Assembly: GCA_963799775.1 (NCBI GenBank)
Contig: CAWCYD010000003.1
Location: forward strand, 672,001 to 736,000
Direction of reading: 5' to 3'
Length of the DNA: 64,000 nucleotides
Origin: an uncultured archaeon
Lineage (GTDB): Archaea; Thermoproteota; Nitrososphaeria; Nitrososphaerales; Gagatemarchaeaceae
The notes beneath the pieces are model-generated. The model was not told the DNA's origin. It did not search any database and saw only the letters and a list, made by a program, of their open reading frames with translations. Positions 1 to 12,846 of the stretch are shown here, one piece after another; the stretch's first letter is position 1; each line of letters opens with the position of its first letter. The position numbers were made by a program, and so were the translations under genes.

Positions 1-1178
1 GGGCTGGCGAACAGCCCTCCGCCGAGTCCCATGACGAAGATGATTATCGCGAACTGCCAAAAGACAAAGTCGTAGGGGAGCAAGGTGAGAAGGAGCAGGC
101 AAGTTCCCGAGATGAGCATGCCACCGGTGGCCAACCCTCTCGCCCCCCGCCTATCTGCGAGGCGCCCGCTCAGGGGGCCCATCACGACGAATCCCAAGAG
201 CATCGGCGTGATGTAGAGCCCGGACCAGAACGGGGTCGACTGGTAGCTGTAGCCGTGGAGAGGGAGCCAGATCCCCTGCAGAAGGATGATCAGCATGATT
301 TGGGTGCCGCCCCTCCCTATGGAGGCGAGGAAGGATGCGATGTTCCCCGCCCTGAAGGCGGCTATCTTGAAGAGGTCCAGCCTGAACATCGGGCCCTGCA
401 CCCGGCCTTCTATGAAGAAGAAGCCGGCCAGGAGCGCGACGCCCGCGAGCGTAGCTCCCACGACCCACGGGTCTTCCCAACCGAAGTATGAGCTCCCGTA
501 TGGCAGCAGCCCGTAGGTCACGGCCACCATTATCAAGGTCAGACCTGCCGCGAATGTGAGATTGCCCCAGAGGTCGATCTTTTGCCTGCGCTCGGGCTTG
601 CTGACCTCTTTGAGCATCAAGTAGGCCCACGCGGTAGCGAAGACTCCTATAGGGACGTTAACGAGGAAGATGTACCGCCAGTTGATGGACGCAAGCACGC
701 CTCCGAGGCTGAGCCCCAGCATCGAGCCCGCTATGACAGCGACCATGTTGATACCGAGGGCCTGGCCCCTCTCCTTGACGGGGAAGGCGTCGGTGATGAT
801 CGCGACGCCGTTGGCGAAGAGGAAGGCCGCCCCCACTCCCTGGATTATCCGGAAGATGATGAGCTCCAGCGCGCCGGTATCCCCTACGTTTGGGGTGAGG
901 TAACCCAGGATCGATCCTATCGTGAAGATCGCGAACCCGAGAGTATACAGCCGCACCCTTCCGTAGATGTCAGAGAGTCGCCCGAAGGTCACGAGCAGGG
1001 TGGAGGTCACCACGCTGTACCCGAAGAGGATCCACAGCAGGTACTGGAACGATGAAAGCGGGTCGATCTGGAGTCCTCGGAAAATCGCGGGGAGCGAGAT
1101 GAGCACTATCGTCCCGTCCAACGAGGCCATGAGGACGCCTATCGTGGTGTTGGAGAGCGCGATCCACTTGTACTGCAA
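1..1178 (-). CDS. MFS transporter (DHA2/EmrB-like), runs off the left edge
   Basis: Hand translation from TTG at 1178: [29 protein letters not shown]...[12 protein letters not shown] (MFS motif A)...RIIQGVGAA...[12 protein letters not shown]; many TM helices; not in the ORF track because it has no stop in the window. Confidence 0.9.
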   Translation of the reverse strand, partial: MQYKWIALSNTTIGVLMASLDGTIVLISLPAIFRGLQIDPLSSFQYLLWILFGYSVVTSTLLVTFGRLSDIYGRVRLYTLGFAIFTIGSILGYLTPNVGDTGALELIIFRIIQGVGAAFLFANGVAIITDAFPVKERGQALGINMVAVIAGSMLGLSLGGVLASINWRYIFLVNVPIGVFATAWAYLMLKEVSKPERRQKIDLWGNLTFAAGLTLIMVAVTYGLLPYGSSYFGWEDPWVVGATLAGVALLAGFFFIEGRVQGPMFRLDLFKIAAFRAGNIASFLASIGRGGTQIMLIILLQGIWLPLHGYSYQSTPFWSGLYITPMLLGFVVMGPLSGRLADRRGARGLATGGMLISGTCLLLLTLLPYDFVFWQFAIIIFVMGLGGGLFAS

Positions 1179-1259
1179 AGAAAACACTTCGGCCCCGAAC
1201 CATTAGGATATAAACAATTTGGGTCCGAAACAAGGAACCGCAGTCCTGACCAGAAAACA

Positions 1260-1956
1260 CTAGGCCCCGCAGCGCACGACGATGGACCCTCCCATCTGCC
1301 GCTCCGTGATTGCCACGGAGGCAAAGTACCCTGAGAGCAGCTCGACGAGGGACTTGTTGTCGAGGACGAGCCTGTAGGTGTCGCGGAGAGAGCCGAACCT
1401 CAGGCCCCGCCGCCCTCCCGTGAGGAAGCCGATGACGGGCGGGGCCACCGCTATGTAGGCCCCGACGAGGCGCGCCTTGGCTCGCGACGAGGGCTTTCCC
1501 AGGTCGCAAAAGGCGAACCTTCCCCCTTCCCGGATGGATTCCTTGATCTGGACGAGCGCGGTCTTCAGGTCGCCGAGCGTCCCTCAGCGAGAAGCCCGCG
1601 ACCGCTGCGTCGAAGCTACCCGCCCTGAATGGGAGATGCTCGAAGACGCATTGCACCCTGTCGAACCCCCTGGCCTCTGCCAGCATCTTCCTTGACGCGT
1701 CGGCCAGCACGGGCGAGCCCCCCTCGGCCTCGACCACCCGGGAGAGCGTCCCAGGCCCTGCGCCGAGGTCCAGCACGAGCGCCCCCTTTCCGTCGGCTCC
1801 GACCGCGTACGAGGCCACGTCCTTCCTCATCTCCTTGTCCGAGAAGAGGGAGATCCTGCTGGACCCCTTCTCGTAGATCGGGATGAGGGACTCCAGGGAG
1901 TCGACGACCCCCCTCCACTTTGAGTGAAGGCCCGGACCTTCACTCGAGTCTGTCAA
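1260..1956 (-). CDS. Class I SAM-dependent methyltransferase (UbiE/MenG-like); frameshift near 1580
   Basis: VLDLGAGPG motif I and LPFRAGSFDA motif in ORF 970..1956; C-terminus continues in ORF 1260..1448. Confidence 0.8.
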
Positions 1957-2814
1957 AGCGCTTCATCGCCTTTGGGAGGCAGGCCACCACGTCGGCCGCG
2001 ACGAGGTGCATGCCCAGCTCCTTGACCGCCTCCGCCCCCGCGAGGCCGTTGAGGTAGGCGGCGCAGCACGCGGCCTCGAATCGTCCCATCCCCTTCGCTG
2101 CGAGCCCGGCGACCACCCCGGTGAGCACGTCCCCAGTCCCGCCCACTGTCATCGCCGGCGAGTGAGTGTTGTTCAGGCCCACCGCCTTCCCGTCGCTGAT
2201 GACGTCCGTCGGCCCCTTTAGGAGGACGACGACGTTGTGCGTCGACGAGACCTTCTTCACGAGGGCCACCCTCTCGTCGAGCGCCTCAGGGACCTTCTCC
2301 CCGAAGAGCCTCTCGAACTCCTTCGCGTGCGGCGTGACTATCATCTTCTCTCTCTGCTCAGGCGGTGCCTCGAGTATCACGGGCCTCAGCGCGTCTGCGT
2401 CCAACACCATCGTCTTGCACTTTGCCGAGAGGGTCGAGACGGCCAGCTTCAGCTCCCTCGGGTTCTGGGGCCCAGGCCGGGCCCTATCGCGATGCAGTCG
2501 AGCTCCGGGAGCCAGCCCGCCAGCCGGGTGGCGTTCCCCCGGGTCAGCTTGCTGTCCGGGAGGGGGAAGACTATGAGGTCCGGTGAGAGCGACCTGACGG
2601 GGCCTGCCACCACCGCGGGGACGGCGAGATAGACGAGGTCGACGCCGCTGCGGGCGGCGCCCATCGCCGCGTGGAAGGGAGCGCCGTGGTAGACCCTGCT
2701 GCCGCCCACCACGCAGACGACCCCGTTCATCCCCTTGTGCGAGCTCCTCTTCCGCGCGGGTATCCTGCTCTTCACATAATCCTCGTCGACCTCGAATGTG
2801 GGAAGAGGCTCCAT
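1940..2814 (-). CDS. nnrD: ADP-dependent NAD(P)H-hydrate dehydratase (YjeF C-terminal); frameshift near 2450
   Basis: SHKGxNGxVxVVGGS, IGPGLG, VLDADAL, TPHAKEF, LKG and GGTGDVLTG motifs across ORFs 2449..2814 and 1940..2410. Confidence 0.92.
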
Positions 2815-2829
2815 CGCCGTCGATGCTCC

Positions 2830-3573
2830 TCAGAAAGAGTAAGCTTGCTTCTTCGGGGGTTCCAGGGTGACCAGCGTCTCTATCGGGCAGTTGAGCTTCA
2901 TCCTCTCCTTCAGCTTCGGGAGGGACTGCTCCATGGACGCTATCGTGAAGATCCCCACGGGGCGCGCCCTCGCCTTCTCGGCGAGCCTCACCAGCGCGTC
3001 GAGGGTGACCCCGGAACGGATGAGGTCGTCGACTATCAGGACGTGCTCCCCCTTCTTCAGGGAGCTCTTCGGGAGGTAGAGATACTTCACAGAGTCCGGG
3101 GAATAGACCATCCGGTGCTCGTAGAACTCCTCCGCCGCGAGGTCGCGCTCGGTCTTTGCGATGGCGACGCTCACGTTGAACTCGTCGGCTATCTCGACCG
3201 CCAGGGGCACGCCGTCCACCTCCATGGTGAGCACCTTCTGCACGTGGGACGGCTCGAACTCGCTGTAGACCACTTTCGCTATCTGCTTCAGGAGGCCCAC
3301 GTCGAGGACCACCTTCGTGAGGTCGTACACGCCTTCGCCTGTCGTCCTGATGTTGTCGGAGACCATCTTCTTGAGCAGCCTCTCCCTGAAGACGGCGACG
3401 AACTTGTCGGAGCGAGCGGGACTGGGGAGGACGTGCCCCCTCACATACCTGCTCAGGATGGGAGCCGAGAGGCCCAGTATCGACGAGAGCTCCTTGTAGC
3501 TGTAGCTCTTCTTGAGGGTGGAAAGGAGCTCGACCGAGGAGATCCTTGACTTGACCTCAGCCACGCGGCTCAA
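2830..3573 (-). CDS. HTH-phosphoribosyltransferase fusion (PurR-like regulator)
   Basis: N-terminal HTH (YSYKELSSILGLSAPILSRY) plus PRPP-binding loop VLIVDDLIRSGVT. Confidence 0.8.
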   Translation of the reverse strand: MSRVAEVKSRISSVELLSTLKKSYSYKELSSILGLSAPILSRYVRGHVLPSPARSDKFVAVFRERLLKKMVSDNIRTTGEGVYDLTKVVLDVGLLKQIAKVVYSEFEPSHVQKVLTMEVDGVPLAVEIADEFNVSVAIAKTERDLAAEEFYEHRMVYSPDSVKYLYLPKSSLKKGEHVLIVDDLIRSGVTLDALVRLAEKARARPVGIFTIASMEQSLPKLKERMKLNCPIETLVTLEPPKKQAYSF

Positions 3574-3658
3574 TGATTTCTAGACTTGGGTGCGCGGCGG
3601 TGTAGAAAAACCTTCGCCATTCCGTTGGGGATTAACACGTCCGTGAACACGCGCGCGC

Positions 3659-5491
3659 TCAGTGGCCCAGGATTACGCGGAGCTGCGTCGGGAGGAAGCT
3701 CTTGTCTGGGTAGAAGATGAAGAACCAGAGGAAGACCCCCGCGAGGACGATGTAGGCTATCGGGGTGGGGAACCACTTTCTGCTCAAGAAGTAGGCGGCC
3801 CCGATGGAGAGCGCCGGCACGGCCTCGATGAAGTAGTAGGGGTAGGTCACCCGGCCGTAGAGGAAGAGGAAGACGTAGCCGAAGAAGACGAAGATGACCC
3901 AGAGGAGGGCGAGCTTCGCGACCTCGAAGTCCATGGCCTCGGACACGCTCGCAAGGGTGGACCTTCTTGCCCTTCCGCCAGACGTAGAAAGTGTAGGCCC
4001 CCCAGAAGTAGAGGAGCCAGACCTCGAACTGGTTCGTGATGCCGTAGTAGCCCACGGCGATGTAGTGGTAGCTGCTCGAGGGGCTGGTCACGTTGACGTT
4101 GGTCACGAGGTACCCGACGGGTGAGTAGTAGGTCACCCAGTTGAGGGGCGTTATCGGCGTCTTGAGGACGCTGTCAATCCACCCTTGGCTGGTCGCCGTC
4201 ATGACGAGCCCGCCGCCATACTTCAGGATGAAGTCGATCTGGCCGAGGAAGTTCGTCGCGGTCCCGGCGCCGAAGAGGGTGTCGTAGGTCTCCAGCCCGA
4301 CGGCGAAGACGAGGAAGACCCAGAGGCACAGGAGGAGCGTCGAGACCCCGATCTGCCTCCGCGTCCCCTGGCCGAAGATCAGGTGGTAGAAGACGAGGAC
4401 CAGGAAGAGGAACACGGCCGTCTCCTTGCACAGCGCCGCCAGCCCCAGGGATATCCCGGCGAGCGCGATGTTGTCGAGCTTCCACCAGCGGACCTTCGCG
4501 AAGTAGAAGAAGAAGCCCAGGAGCCCGAAGAATATGGCGCCGACGTCGATCACGGCGATGCTCGAGTGGACGAAGAAGAGCGTCTCAAACGCGAGCAAAA
4601 AGGCCGCGTAGATGGAGAGCCGCTCGTTCTTGGTTATCACCCAGCATATCCCGAAGAGGAGGGGGACGCTGAACGTCCCGAGTATGACGTTGAATATCCT
4701 CCAGCCGAAGGTGTCGTTCCCGAAGACCGCGATCCCCGCGGCGATGAACGCCTTTGAGAGGAAGGGGTGCTCGAGGTTGCAGTTGTCCTGGTATGGGGCG
4801 CACTTCTCCCCTGAGAGGAGGGTCTGGGCCGCAGGGACGTAGTATACCTCGTCCATTACGCAGCCGTCTACCTGCTTGTCTGTGGCATAGCACGTGAGGT
4901 CTTCGTAGCTCAGCGTAACCGGCCCCGAGGGCGCCGATTGGAGCGTCCAGGCCCCGTATCGCTTCCCCCTGGCTGAAGGGCCGACTCCGGAGTCACAAGA
5001 TGAGCGAATCCGGAATCTGGCAAGACCGTGTTGCCGACGGCAACAGAGAGCGAACCGATGGCGTCGGTCCCATAGTCGGAGACGACGACATTCAAGGTCG
5101 AGCCGCTGTATTCGGGAGACAGCATGACCAGACCGTCTTTCACCGTATCCCCGACAGGCCCTTGAAGGGTTGCTGTCTTTCCGAGCGCGGGCGTGTTTAT
5201 CGTCCAAAGATGTGCGCCCAGCAGGCCCAGGACTATCAGCGCGAGGATGAGGATGGTGTTCTGCCTCTGAGGGTAGAGGAGCAGGGCGTAGACCAACCCC
5301 CAGGTCATTGAGAGGCCCGAGGCCCCCCCGAGGATGTAGGTCATCGGCGCGAGCACGGCCGTAGAGACGCTCGCGGGCGAGTGGGCGTGTAGGACCACCA
5401 CCGCGAGCATCGCGAACAGGTCGATGAACGCGATGGCTGCCAGAAAGAGGACTACAAATCGCAGCGCGAGGTAGCGCTGAGGGGCGCTCAC
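3659..5491 (-). CDS. GT-C membrane glycosyltransferase (PMT/GT39-like protein mannosyltransferase); frameshifts near 4940 and 3950
   Basis: MDEVYY, NLEHPFLSK, GWR and LCKET motifs; many TM helices; three overlapping ORFs 4910..5491, 3570..5207, 3659..3946. Confidence 0.82.
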
Positions 5492-5600
5492 ATTCGAAAG
5501 GCCCTCGAAGGGTCGTTATAGCGGTTGCGAGAATCGCGCCTGCTGAGAAACCGAAAAAATTCCTAAATACCCTGATAGGGGGTCAGGCACGAAAAATAGT

Positions 5601-6017
5601 TTGTCTATAGTCTTTAGAAAGTTCGGGGATGAGCTGAACGGCTTTGTCGGGAGGACCGTCGTTGTGCTGACCGCTGATTCCAAGGAGTACACGGGGACGC
5701 TTGTGGGGGTCGACGACAAGCTCAACCTGGTGCTGGACAAGGTCTCTGGCGCAGGCCCTAACGTGTTCAAGTTGGCCATGAACGGGTCGAGCGTCCGCGA
5801 GATCCGCCTCGCGGAGAAGCCCTTCGACTTCAAGGCGCTGGGCGAGAGGCTGAACAGGGTGTTCCCAGGGTTCGTCGTGGTGAGGGAGGACGTCGGCGCC
5901 GTGATCGTCATGGAGAAGATCAAGGTCACCGACAAGGGCGTGACCGAGGGAACGGGCCTCGCGGCCGACAAGGTGAAGGCTATCTTCGACGACTATCTCC
6001 GCGAGCAGAAAAAGTAG
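5601..6017 (+). CDS. Sm-like RNA-binding protein with C-terminal extension (SmAP3 type)
   Basis: Sm1 motif YTGTLVGVDDKLNLVLD, Sm2 motif AMNGSSVREI, and an extra C-terminal domain. Confidence 0.88.
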   Translation: MSIVFRKFGDELNGFVGRTVVVLTADSKEYTGTLVGVDDKLNLVLDKVSGAGPNVFKLAMNGSSVREIRLAEKPFDFKALGERLNRVFPGFVVVREDVGAVIVMEKIKVTDKGVTEGTGLAADKVKAIFDDYLREQKK

Positions 6018-6018
6018 C

Positions 6019-7371
6019 TCACGCCACCATCGTGGGATATTCCATCTTCGTGGGCGCCGGGGCCTCGAGCCTCCCGTCCAGGTATGCCTGGTAGGCGCTC
6101 ATGTCGAGGAGGCCGTGCCCCGAGTTGTTGAAGACGATGACCTTCGCCTGGTTCTTCTCGCGGCAGCGGATGGCCTCGTCTATCACGAACTTGATCTCAT
6201 GGGCGGACTCGGGCGCAGCGATTATTCCCTCCGTCCTCGCGAACGTCATCGCGGCCTCGAAGACGCCCGTCTGGCTGAACGCGACAGAGCGCATGTGGCC
6301 CTTGTTGATGAGGTAGGATATTATCGGCGCCATCCCGTGATACCTCAGGCCCCCCGCGTGGATGGGCGGCGTCTTGTAGTCCTTCCCCAGGGTGTACATC
6401 TTCAGGAGCGGGGTCATCCCCGCTGTGTCCCCAAAGTCGTAGGTGTACTTGCCCATCGTGGTGTGGGGCACCGCGCTGGACTCGCACGCAACGAACTCGA
6501 TCGGGGCTCTGTTCTTCAGCTTGTCGCCCATGAAGGGCAGGCAGAACCCGCCGTAGTTAGAGCCCCCTCCGATGTTGCCGACGAGGACGTCGGGCTTGAC
6601 ATCGAGGATCTCCAGCTGCTTCTTCACCTCGAGCCCGATGACAGTCTGGTGTAGCAGGACGTGGTTCAGAACTGACCCGAGAGAGTACTTGGCCCCGTCG
6701 TCCGCCAGGACGTCCTCGAGCGCCTCGCTTATCGCGACGCCCAGCGAGCCCGGGTCGTTCGGGTCCTTCTCGAGACGGGACCGGCCGAACTTGGTCCTGT
6801 TGCTGGGAGAGGAAAGGCACTCCGCCCCCCACGTCTGCATCATCGTCTTGCGACCGGGCTTTTGGTTGTAACTTGCGGCGACCATGAAGACGCGGATATT
6901 CAGCCCAAAGTAGGCCCCAGCCATCGCGAGGGCCGAGCCCCACTGTCCGGCCCCAGTCTCCGTGGAGATCCGCTTCGTCCCCTCCTTCATGTTGTAGTAT
7001 GACTGGGCGAGGGCCGTGTTGGGCTTGTGGCTGCCCGAAGGGTTGACCCCCTCCCACTTGTAGTAGATCTTGGCGGGCGTCTTCAGGAAGCTCTCGAGCT
7101 TGTAAGCGCGGTAGAGCGGTGTAGGCCTTGGGAGCCACCTATAGGCTTCCATGACCTCTTCTGGGATCTTGATCCATCGCTCTTGAGAGACCTCCTGGAG
7201 GACGAGCTCCTTGGGGAAGAGCCTGAAGAGCGGCTCGGGGGACATGGGCTTGTGCGTACCCGGGTCCAAAGGAGGCGGGAGCATCTCTGGGAGGTCCGCC
7301 TGGATGTTATACCACGACGTGGGGATCTCGTCCTGGCTGAGGAAGGTCGCACGGTCTTTGGGGGAGCTCAA
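6019..7371 (-). CDS. trpB2: Tryptophan synthase beta chain 2 (TrpB2)
   Basis: [22 protein letters not shown] (PLP lysine), [22 protein letters not shown]. Confidence 0.95.
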   Translation of the reverse strand: MSSPKDRATFLSQDEIPTSWYNIQADLPEMLPPPLDPGTHKPMSPEPLFRLFPKELVLQEVSQERWIKIPEEVMEAYRWLPRPTPLYRAYKLESFLKTPAKIYYKWEGVNPSGSHKPNTALAQSYYNMKEGTKRISTETGAGQWGSALAMAGAYFGLNIRVFMVAASYNQKPGRKTMMQTWGAECLSSPSNRTKFGRSRLEKDPNDPGSLGVAISEALEDVLADDGAKYSLGSVLNHVLLHQTVIGLEVKKQLEILDVKPDVLVGNIGGGSNYGGFCLPFMGDKLKNRAPIEFVACESSAVPHTTMGKYTYDFGDTAGMTPLLKMYTLGKDYKTPPIHAGGLRYHGMAPIISYLINKGHMRSVAFSQTGVFEAAMTFARTEGIIAAPESAHEIKFVIDEAIRCREKNQAKVIVFNNSGHGLLDMSAYQAYLDGRLEAPAPTKMEYPTMVA

Positions 7372-7482
7372 TGCGAGGAAATCGGGCGGCCATGCGTCTA
7401 ATAACGGTTGTCGGAGCCGCCGGCTTGCGCTCGTCGAACCTCACCGAAACTCCTAAAGCCGAAATTCGAGGGGGCAGTCTCC

Positions 7483-8537
7483 TTGAGACTGGTCCTGGCC
7501 GGCTTCGGGGTCGTCGGGCAGAGTTTCGCACGACTCCTGATGGCCCAGGAGAAAGACCTCGCTCTGCGATACGGCCTCGTCTCCCAGGTGGTCGGCATCA
7601 TGGACAGCTCGGGATGGCTTATCGACGAGCACGGCATCGACCTCAGGCGGGCCCTCAGGACGAAAGCCGCGTACGGTGGGATCGCCAAGGGCTCCAAGGG
7701 CGGGGCGAGGGCGTCGGAGGTGATCAGGGACATCGAGGCGGAGGTGCTCATCGAGGCGACGCCCACCAACTTCAAGACCGGGGAGCCGGGGTTCTCCCAC
7801 ATGAAGGCCGCCTTCGAGGGGAGGAAGCACGTCATCACCTGCAACAAGGGGCCACTGGCCCTCGCATACCACGCCCTTCACGAGCTCGCGAGGCACGACG
7901 GAGTGCAGCTCAGGTTCAGCGGTGCGGTAGGGGGCGGGCCCCGATACTTGACTTTGGCAAGACCTGCGCGACCGGAGACCAGCTCAAAGGGATGAGGGGG
8001 ATACTCAACGGCACCTGCAACTACATCCTGACAAGGATGGAGGCGGAGGGGGTCTCCTTCGACGTGGCTCTCAAGGGAGCGCAGGAGGCGGGATACGCGG
8101 AGGCGGACCCGTCCCTGGACGTCGACGGGTTCGACACGGCGGTGAAGCTCGTGATCACGGCGAACCACCTCCTGCTCAGCAAGGCCGGCATCAAGGACGT
8201 CAAGATCAAAGGCATCCGCGGGATATCGTCTAAAGAGGTCTCAAAGGCGAGGAAGGAAGGCAAGGCGGTCAGGCTCATCGCCTCGGCCTCCCGCGACGGC
8301 AGCCTGGTCGTCAAGCCGATGACCATCGAGAGGGAGCACCCCTTGTGCATAAGCGGGGCCAACAACGCCGTTGAGTTCGAGTGCGAGTACTCCGGCCCAA
8401 AGGTGATAATCGGCAAGGGAGCAGGCGGTCCGGAGACAGCCTCGTCGCTCCTCAGGGACCTCCTCGAGATCAGAGGCAAGATCAACGGCCAGGCGGCGCC
8501 TCAGGCCTACAGCATCGGGACCTTGAACGGAGTTTGA
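7483..8537 (+). CDS. hom: Homoserine dehydrogenase; frameshift near 7945
   Basis: LAGFGVVG Rossmann motif, TCNKGPLA, GILNGTCNYIL, GYAEADPSLDVDGFD, GAGGPETAS. Confidence 0.93.
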
Positions 8538-8547
8538 GGTCGAAGAC

Positions 8548-9962
8548 ATGAAGGTTGTCATGAAGTTCGGGGGGAGTTCCGTCGCCTCCGCCGAGCGGAT
8601 AAGGAACGTCGCGGACAGGGTGAAGGGAAACAGCAAGGGGCACCACGTCGTCGTGGTCTGCTCGGCGATGGGGGACGTCACAGACGAGCTCTTGGCCCTC
8701 TGCGCGGACGCCTCGAAGGGGATGGAGAAGCCGGTAGAGGAGAGGCTCGCCTCAATCCGTGAGACCCACCTTGCCGCCCTGACTGCCGCGGTGAGCGACA
8801 AGACGGTGAGGCGACAGGTCATGGGCATCATGAACCTCACCCTCAGCCAGCTGGAGAAGCTCGCGAGGGGCGCAACGGTCCTGGGAGAGCTGACACCGAG
8901 GTCGAGGGACGCGATCGTCTCGTGCGGGGAGAGGCTCTCGAACCCAATAGTGATGGGAGCTCTGATCGAACGTGGCATGGACGCTGTCTACCTCACGGGT
9001 GGCGAGGCCGGCATAATGACCGACGACAGGTTCGGGGACGCGACCCCCTTGATGGAGGTCACGAAGTTCCAGGTGAAGGAGAAGCTCGGCCCGCTCCTAG
9101 CCGAGGGCAAGACCCCCGTCGTCACGGGCTACATCGGCGCTACGCAGAGCGGGGACACCACGACGCTCGGCAGAGGCGGCTCAGACTTCACAGGCACGAT
9201 AATCGCGGCATCGATCGACGCGGACGAGGTCTGGATATGGAGCGACGTCGACGGGCTGATGACCGTGGACCCACGTCTGGAGCCAAAGGCCCGCGTGCTC
9301 AGGGAGGTCTCCTACGAAGAGGCGGGCGAGATGGCCGTCTTCGGGGCGAAGGCCCTGCACCCGCGGACCCTGGAGCCGGTGGCCGAGAAGGGCATCCCGG
9401 TGAGGTTCAGGAACACGTTCAAGCCCGAGGACCAGGGACCGTGGTAAGGCGAAACCCGAAGCTCTACGCGAAGAACGTCGTGAAGGCGGTGGCCCTCGTG
9501 AAGGAGGTCGCGATAATCACCGTGGCGGGGGCGAGCATGGTGGGAAAGCCCGGCAGCGCGGCGCGGATCTTCGACGTGATGGGCCGGAGCGGGATAAACG
9601 TCATGATGATATCGCAGAGCGTCTCCGAGTCCAACATCAGCATGGTCGTTGCGCGCTCGTCGATGGAGAAGGGCGCGAACGCGCTCGAGCTCGCGCTCCT
9701 GGGGCAGGGGGGCTACAGGCACATCCTCACGGAGAACGACGTCAGCGCCGTGGCCATCGTCGGGGGCGCGCTCAGGGCGACGAAGGGGGTGGCGGCGACC
9801 GCGTTCAGCGCTATCTCAGGCAAGAGCATCAACATCAAGATGATCGCATCGGGCTCGTCGAACCAGAACATCTCACTGGTCGTGGCCGAGAAGGACGCGA
9901 AGGAGACGGTGAGGGCGATCCATGCGGCCTTCAGGCTGGACAAGCTCAACTCTCGCAGCTGA
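8548..9962 (+). CDS. lysC: Aspartate kinase with C-terminal ACT domains; frameshift near 9440
   Basis: VMKFGGSSV, TTLGRGGSD, WSDVDG, FGAKALHP; ACT domains in ORF 8922..9962. Confidence 0.93.
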
Positions 9963-9990
9963 ACTCGCCGTCCGCGGAAGCTCCGGCCAT

Positions 9991-11710
9991 CTACCCGTAT
10001 CTGAAACGGACTCCGCGCCCAGGCTCGCCAGGCTCCAGCTGGACCATCTCTCTCGGCCCTATCTCGGCGCACGTGCCGCAGCCTATGCACCCCTTCCCGT
10101 CGAAGAGGAGGGTGCCCTCCTGGACGTCTTTGATCGTCTCCCTGTAGGCGAGCACGTCGAGGCCCTTGTTCTGCCCCTCGGCTGCGAGCTGCTTGAGGTT
10201 GACCGCGTAGAGGCCCTTGTAGGACATGAAGGTGCCTTTGGTCGTCACCAGAGCGAAGCAGCCCACCGGGCAGCTCGGGGCCCCACGGCTTGACGGAGGA
10301 CTTGGACGCAGCCTCGACGTCCACCTTGACGACCGCGCTGGGGCCGTCACCCGTCTCGGAGACGCGCGGCCTTGAGATCCCTGCCTGCGGCGGCTTGAAC
10401 TTCACATTCTTCGAGAAGATGGAAGAAGAGAAGAGGACCTTTGGGAGCGTGGAGTACGCAAATCCGCTCTCGCTGAAGAAGCTCTCCCTCCCTGACCTGT
10501 TCACGTCCTCGTAGAGAGGAGCGAGCATGTCCTTGTAGCGCGACAGGTTGGAGGCCCTGTAGGAGCCCGACTCGCTAGCCAGAAGGAACGTCTCCCCGGC
10601 CATTATCCCGCCTGCTATCGCCCTGCGCATCCCGTCGAAGAGAGGCCCATATCTTGATGAAAGCCCCCAGCGCGTCCCCTGCCGCGAGATATCCGGTCGC
10701 GTAGGGCGTCTTGAGCATCGCCGTGTGCCCCCTCGGGATGTTGTGCGCGGAGGACTCCAGGAGCTCGCTCCCGTCGAGCAACTCGGCGACATATGGGTGA
10801 GCCTCGAATGACTCTAGGACTTCTCTCAAGGTCCCGACCTTCTCGAACCTCTCGGTGAAGGCCCTGACCATGGAGTCTAGAGAGGCGATTATCCCTACGG
10901 AGACGGTCTCGCGGTTCGTGACTATGAACCCGCTCCCGCTGACGCCCAGCATGAAGTCCCCGAAGCAGTCGACCACTCTGCCTTCCCCGGGCCGGAGCTT
11001 GAACCTCCTCTCGATTTCGTCGCCCGGGAGGCGGAAGACGTGCTTGATGCTGTGATAGAGCTGCCTGGGGCCTAGCATCTCTCTCAGGCCTGCGGCCTCC
11101 ACCAGGTTCGAGGTCACGCCAGAGCAGTCTATGACCAGTTTCGATTTGATCTCGCCCCGAGACGTGACCACGCCGACGACAGCCGCTCCCTCCTCCGCAC
11201 CAAAGTCCTCCTCGCCGCCCTTCTTCTCGCTGCGCTCTGTAAGGAGGCCGGTCACGGTGGTCTCGGGCAGCAGCTGGGCACCCGCGGCCACCGCCATCTC
11301 GGCGAACCACGGGTCGAACTCGCTCCTGACGACGGAGTGGTTGTGCCCTGTCTGTATCTCGACGGTGAAGAGCCCCAACCTTGAAAGGATCGAGCCCCCG
11401 TCGAGCACATAGCGCCTGAAGGTCTCCAGACTCCCTGTCTGGCGATGAGAGGATCTCGACCTCGTGGGAGATGGACTTTCCTCTGCAGGGGAGCCTGGGA
11501 CTCGAACTCCGGGATTAGGTCTATGAGGCCGTAGCCCTTGGTGAAGTCGCCATAGAGGACACCGCCGGAGACGTTGCTGTCGCCAGGGGCCTTCGACCGC
11601 TCCAGGAGCGCTACCTTGGCGCCTTTGCGCGCGAGCGTGAGGGCCGCAGCGGACCCCGCAGGGCCCGCGCCGATTATTGCTGCGTCGTACTCGGCTGTTC
11701 CAGCACTCAA
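9991..11710 (-). CDS. fixC: FixC-like ETF:quinone oxidoreductase flavoprotein with C-terminal FixX-like ferredoxin; several frameshifts
   Basis: IIGAGPAGS FAD motif, NVSGG, GDALG; C-terminal CPVGC...CIGCGTC...GVRFRYG typical of FixX. Confidence 0.82.
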
Positions 11711-12846
11711 GCCCTATCCGGGAAGGCTTCGAGCGTGTCTATCAGCTTTGGCACAAAGTCGTAGAGGTCGGCCACCACGGAGTACTGGGCTGCAAGATGG
11801 ATCGGGGCAGCAGGGTCCGGGTTGACCGCGAGTATCTTCTTTGCCTTGATGCCGCCTCTGTGAGGCGCAGAGCCGCTCACTCCGAGGGCGATGTAGAGCT
11901 GGGGGCTGACGAGCGTTCCGGTCTGACCCAGCTCGTGGTCTCTTGTGACTATCCCTTCCAGCGCCTTTACGTTCGCCATCACGAGCCCTCGCGACGCTCC
12001 GATCTCCGTCTTGAGGCCCCACTTGCGCTCGATGAGCTCCTTCAGCTCTGTAGCGAGCTTGAACGCCTCCATAGGGTTCCTTGGAGAGCCGTCGGCCCCG
12101 CGGAGGATTCCCATGCCGAGGCCGATCACGACGTCCGCGTGCTCGAGGTCGAAGTTGGGCTTTGGCAGCTCGACCAGCTCCTTCACGGTGAGGGCGTACG
12201 CCTTGCCGGGTCGGGGCATCTGGAGCTTCTCGACCTTCGCGTTCGCCCTCCTGCTGGGGTTGCGGGGCAGCGGGGCGAAGCTCCCGGGCTTTAGCGTAGC
12301 GACCTGAGGCCTGTGGCGTGGCGTCCAGATCTTGGCCACTCTGCTGCCAAAGTCAGGCCTCACCTGGGTCATCGTCTTCGGGAACATCTCGTTGAACTTG
12401 GGATTGAAGTAGTCCTGGACCTCAAAGTCGATGTTGTCCGTGGCAAGGCCCGAGTTGACCCTGTACGCCAGCCTCGCGGCGAGCTCCCTGCCGAACTCGG
12501 TCGCGAGGAATATGATCGCATACGGCTTCCTCTTCAGTATCATCGCCTCGAGGGTGTCGATCAGTCGCAGGGAGTGATAGGTCCGAAGCGCAGGGTCGTC
12601 TACCACGAGCACAAGGTCTGCGCCGTGGTCGATCGCCTCCTCGGGGAGGCCCCTCAGGTGGTTCCCGAGGATCAGGCCCACGAGCTTCTGCCCTACCTGG
12701 TCTGCCACCTTGCGGCCTGCGGCGAGCAGCTCAAGCGAGTCGTTGGAAAGGTGCCCATCGTCCCTCTGGAGGAATACCCAGACGTCCTTGTAATCGGCCA
12801 GGACGACCTTCGCTGAGGTGGTCGCGGCAGGCGCGGTGGTGCTCAT
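11707..12846 (-). CDS. fixB: Electron transfer flavoprotein alpha subunit
   Basis: GRELAARLA, RPQVATLKPG, IGASRGLV, GQTGTLVSPQLYIALGVSGSAPH. Confidence 0.92.
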   Translation of the reverse strand: MSTTAPAATTSAKVVLADYKDVWVFLQRDDGHLSNDSLELLAAGRKVADQVGQKLVGLILGNHLRGLPEEAIDHGADLVLVVDDPALRTYHSLRLIDTLEAMILKRKPYAIIFLATEFGRELAARLAYRVNSGLATDNIDFEVQDYFNPKFNEMFPKTMTQVRPDFGSRVAKIWTPRHRPQVATLKPGSFAPLPRNPSRRANAKVEKLQMPRPGKAYALTVKELVELPKPNFDLEHADVVIGLGMGILRGADGSPRNPMEAFKLATELKELIERKWGLKTEIGASRGLVMANVKALEGIVTRDHELGQTGTLVSPQLYIALGVSGSAPHRGGIKAKKILAVNPDPAAPIHLAAQYSVVADLYDFVPKLIDTLEAFPDRA

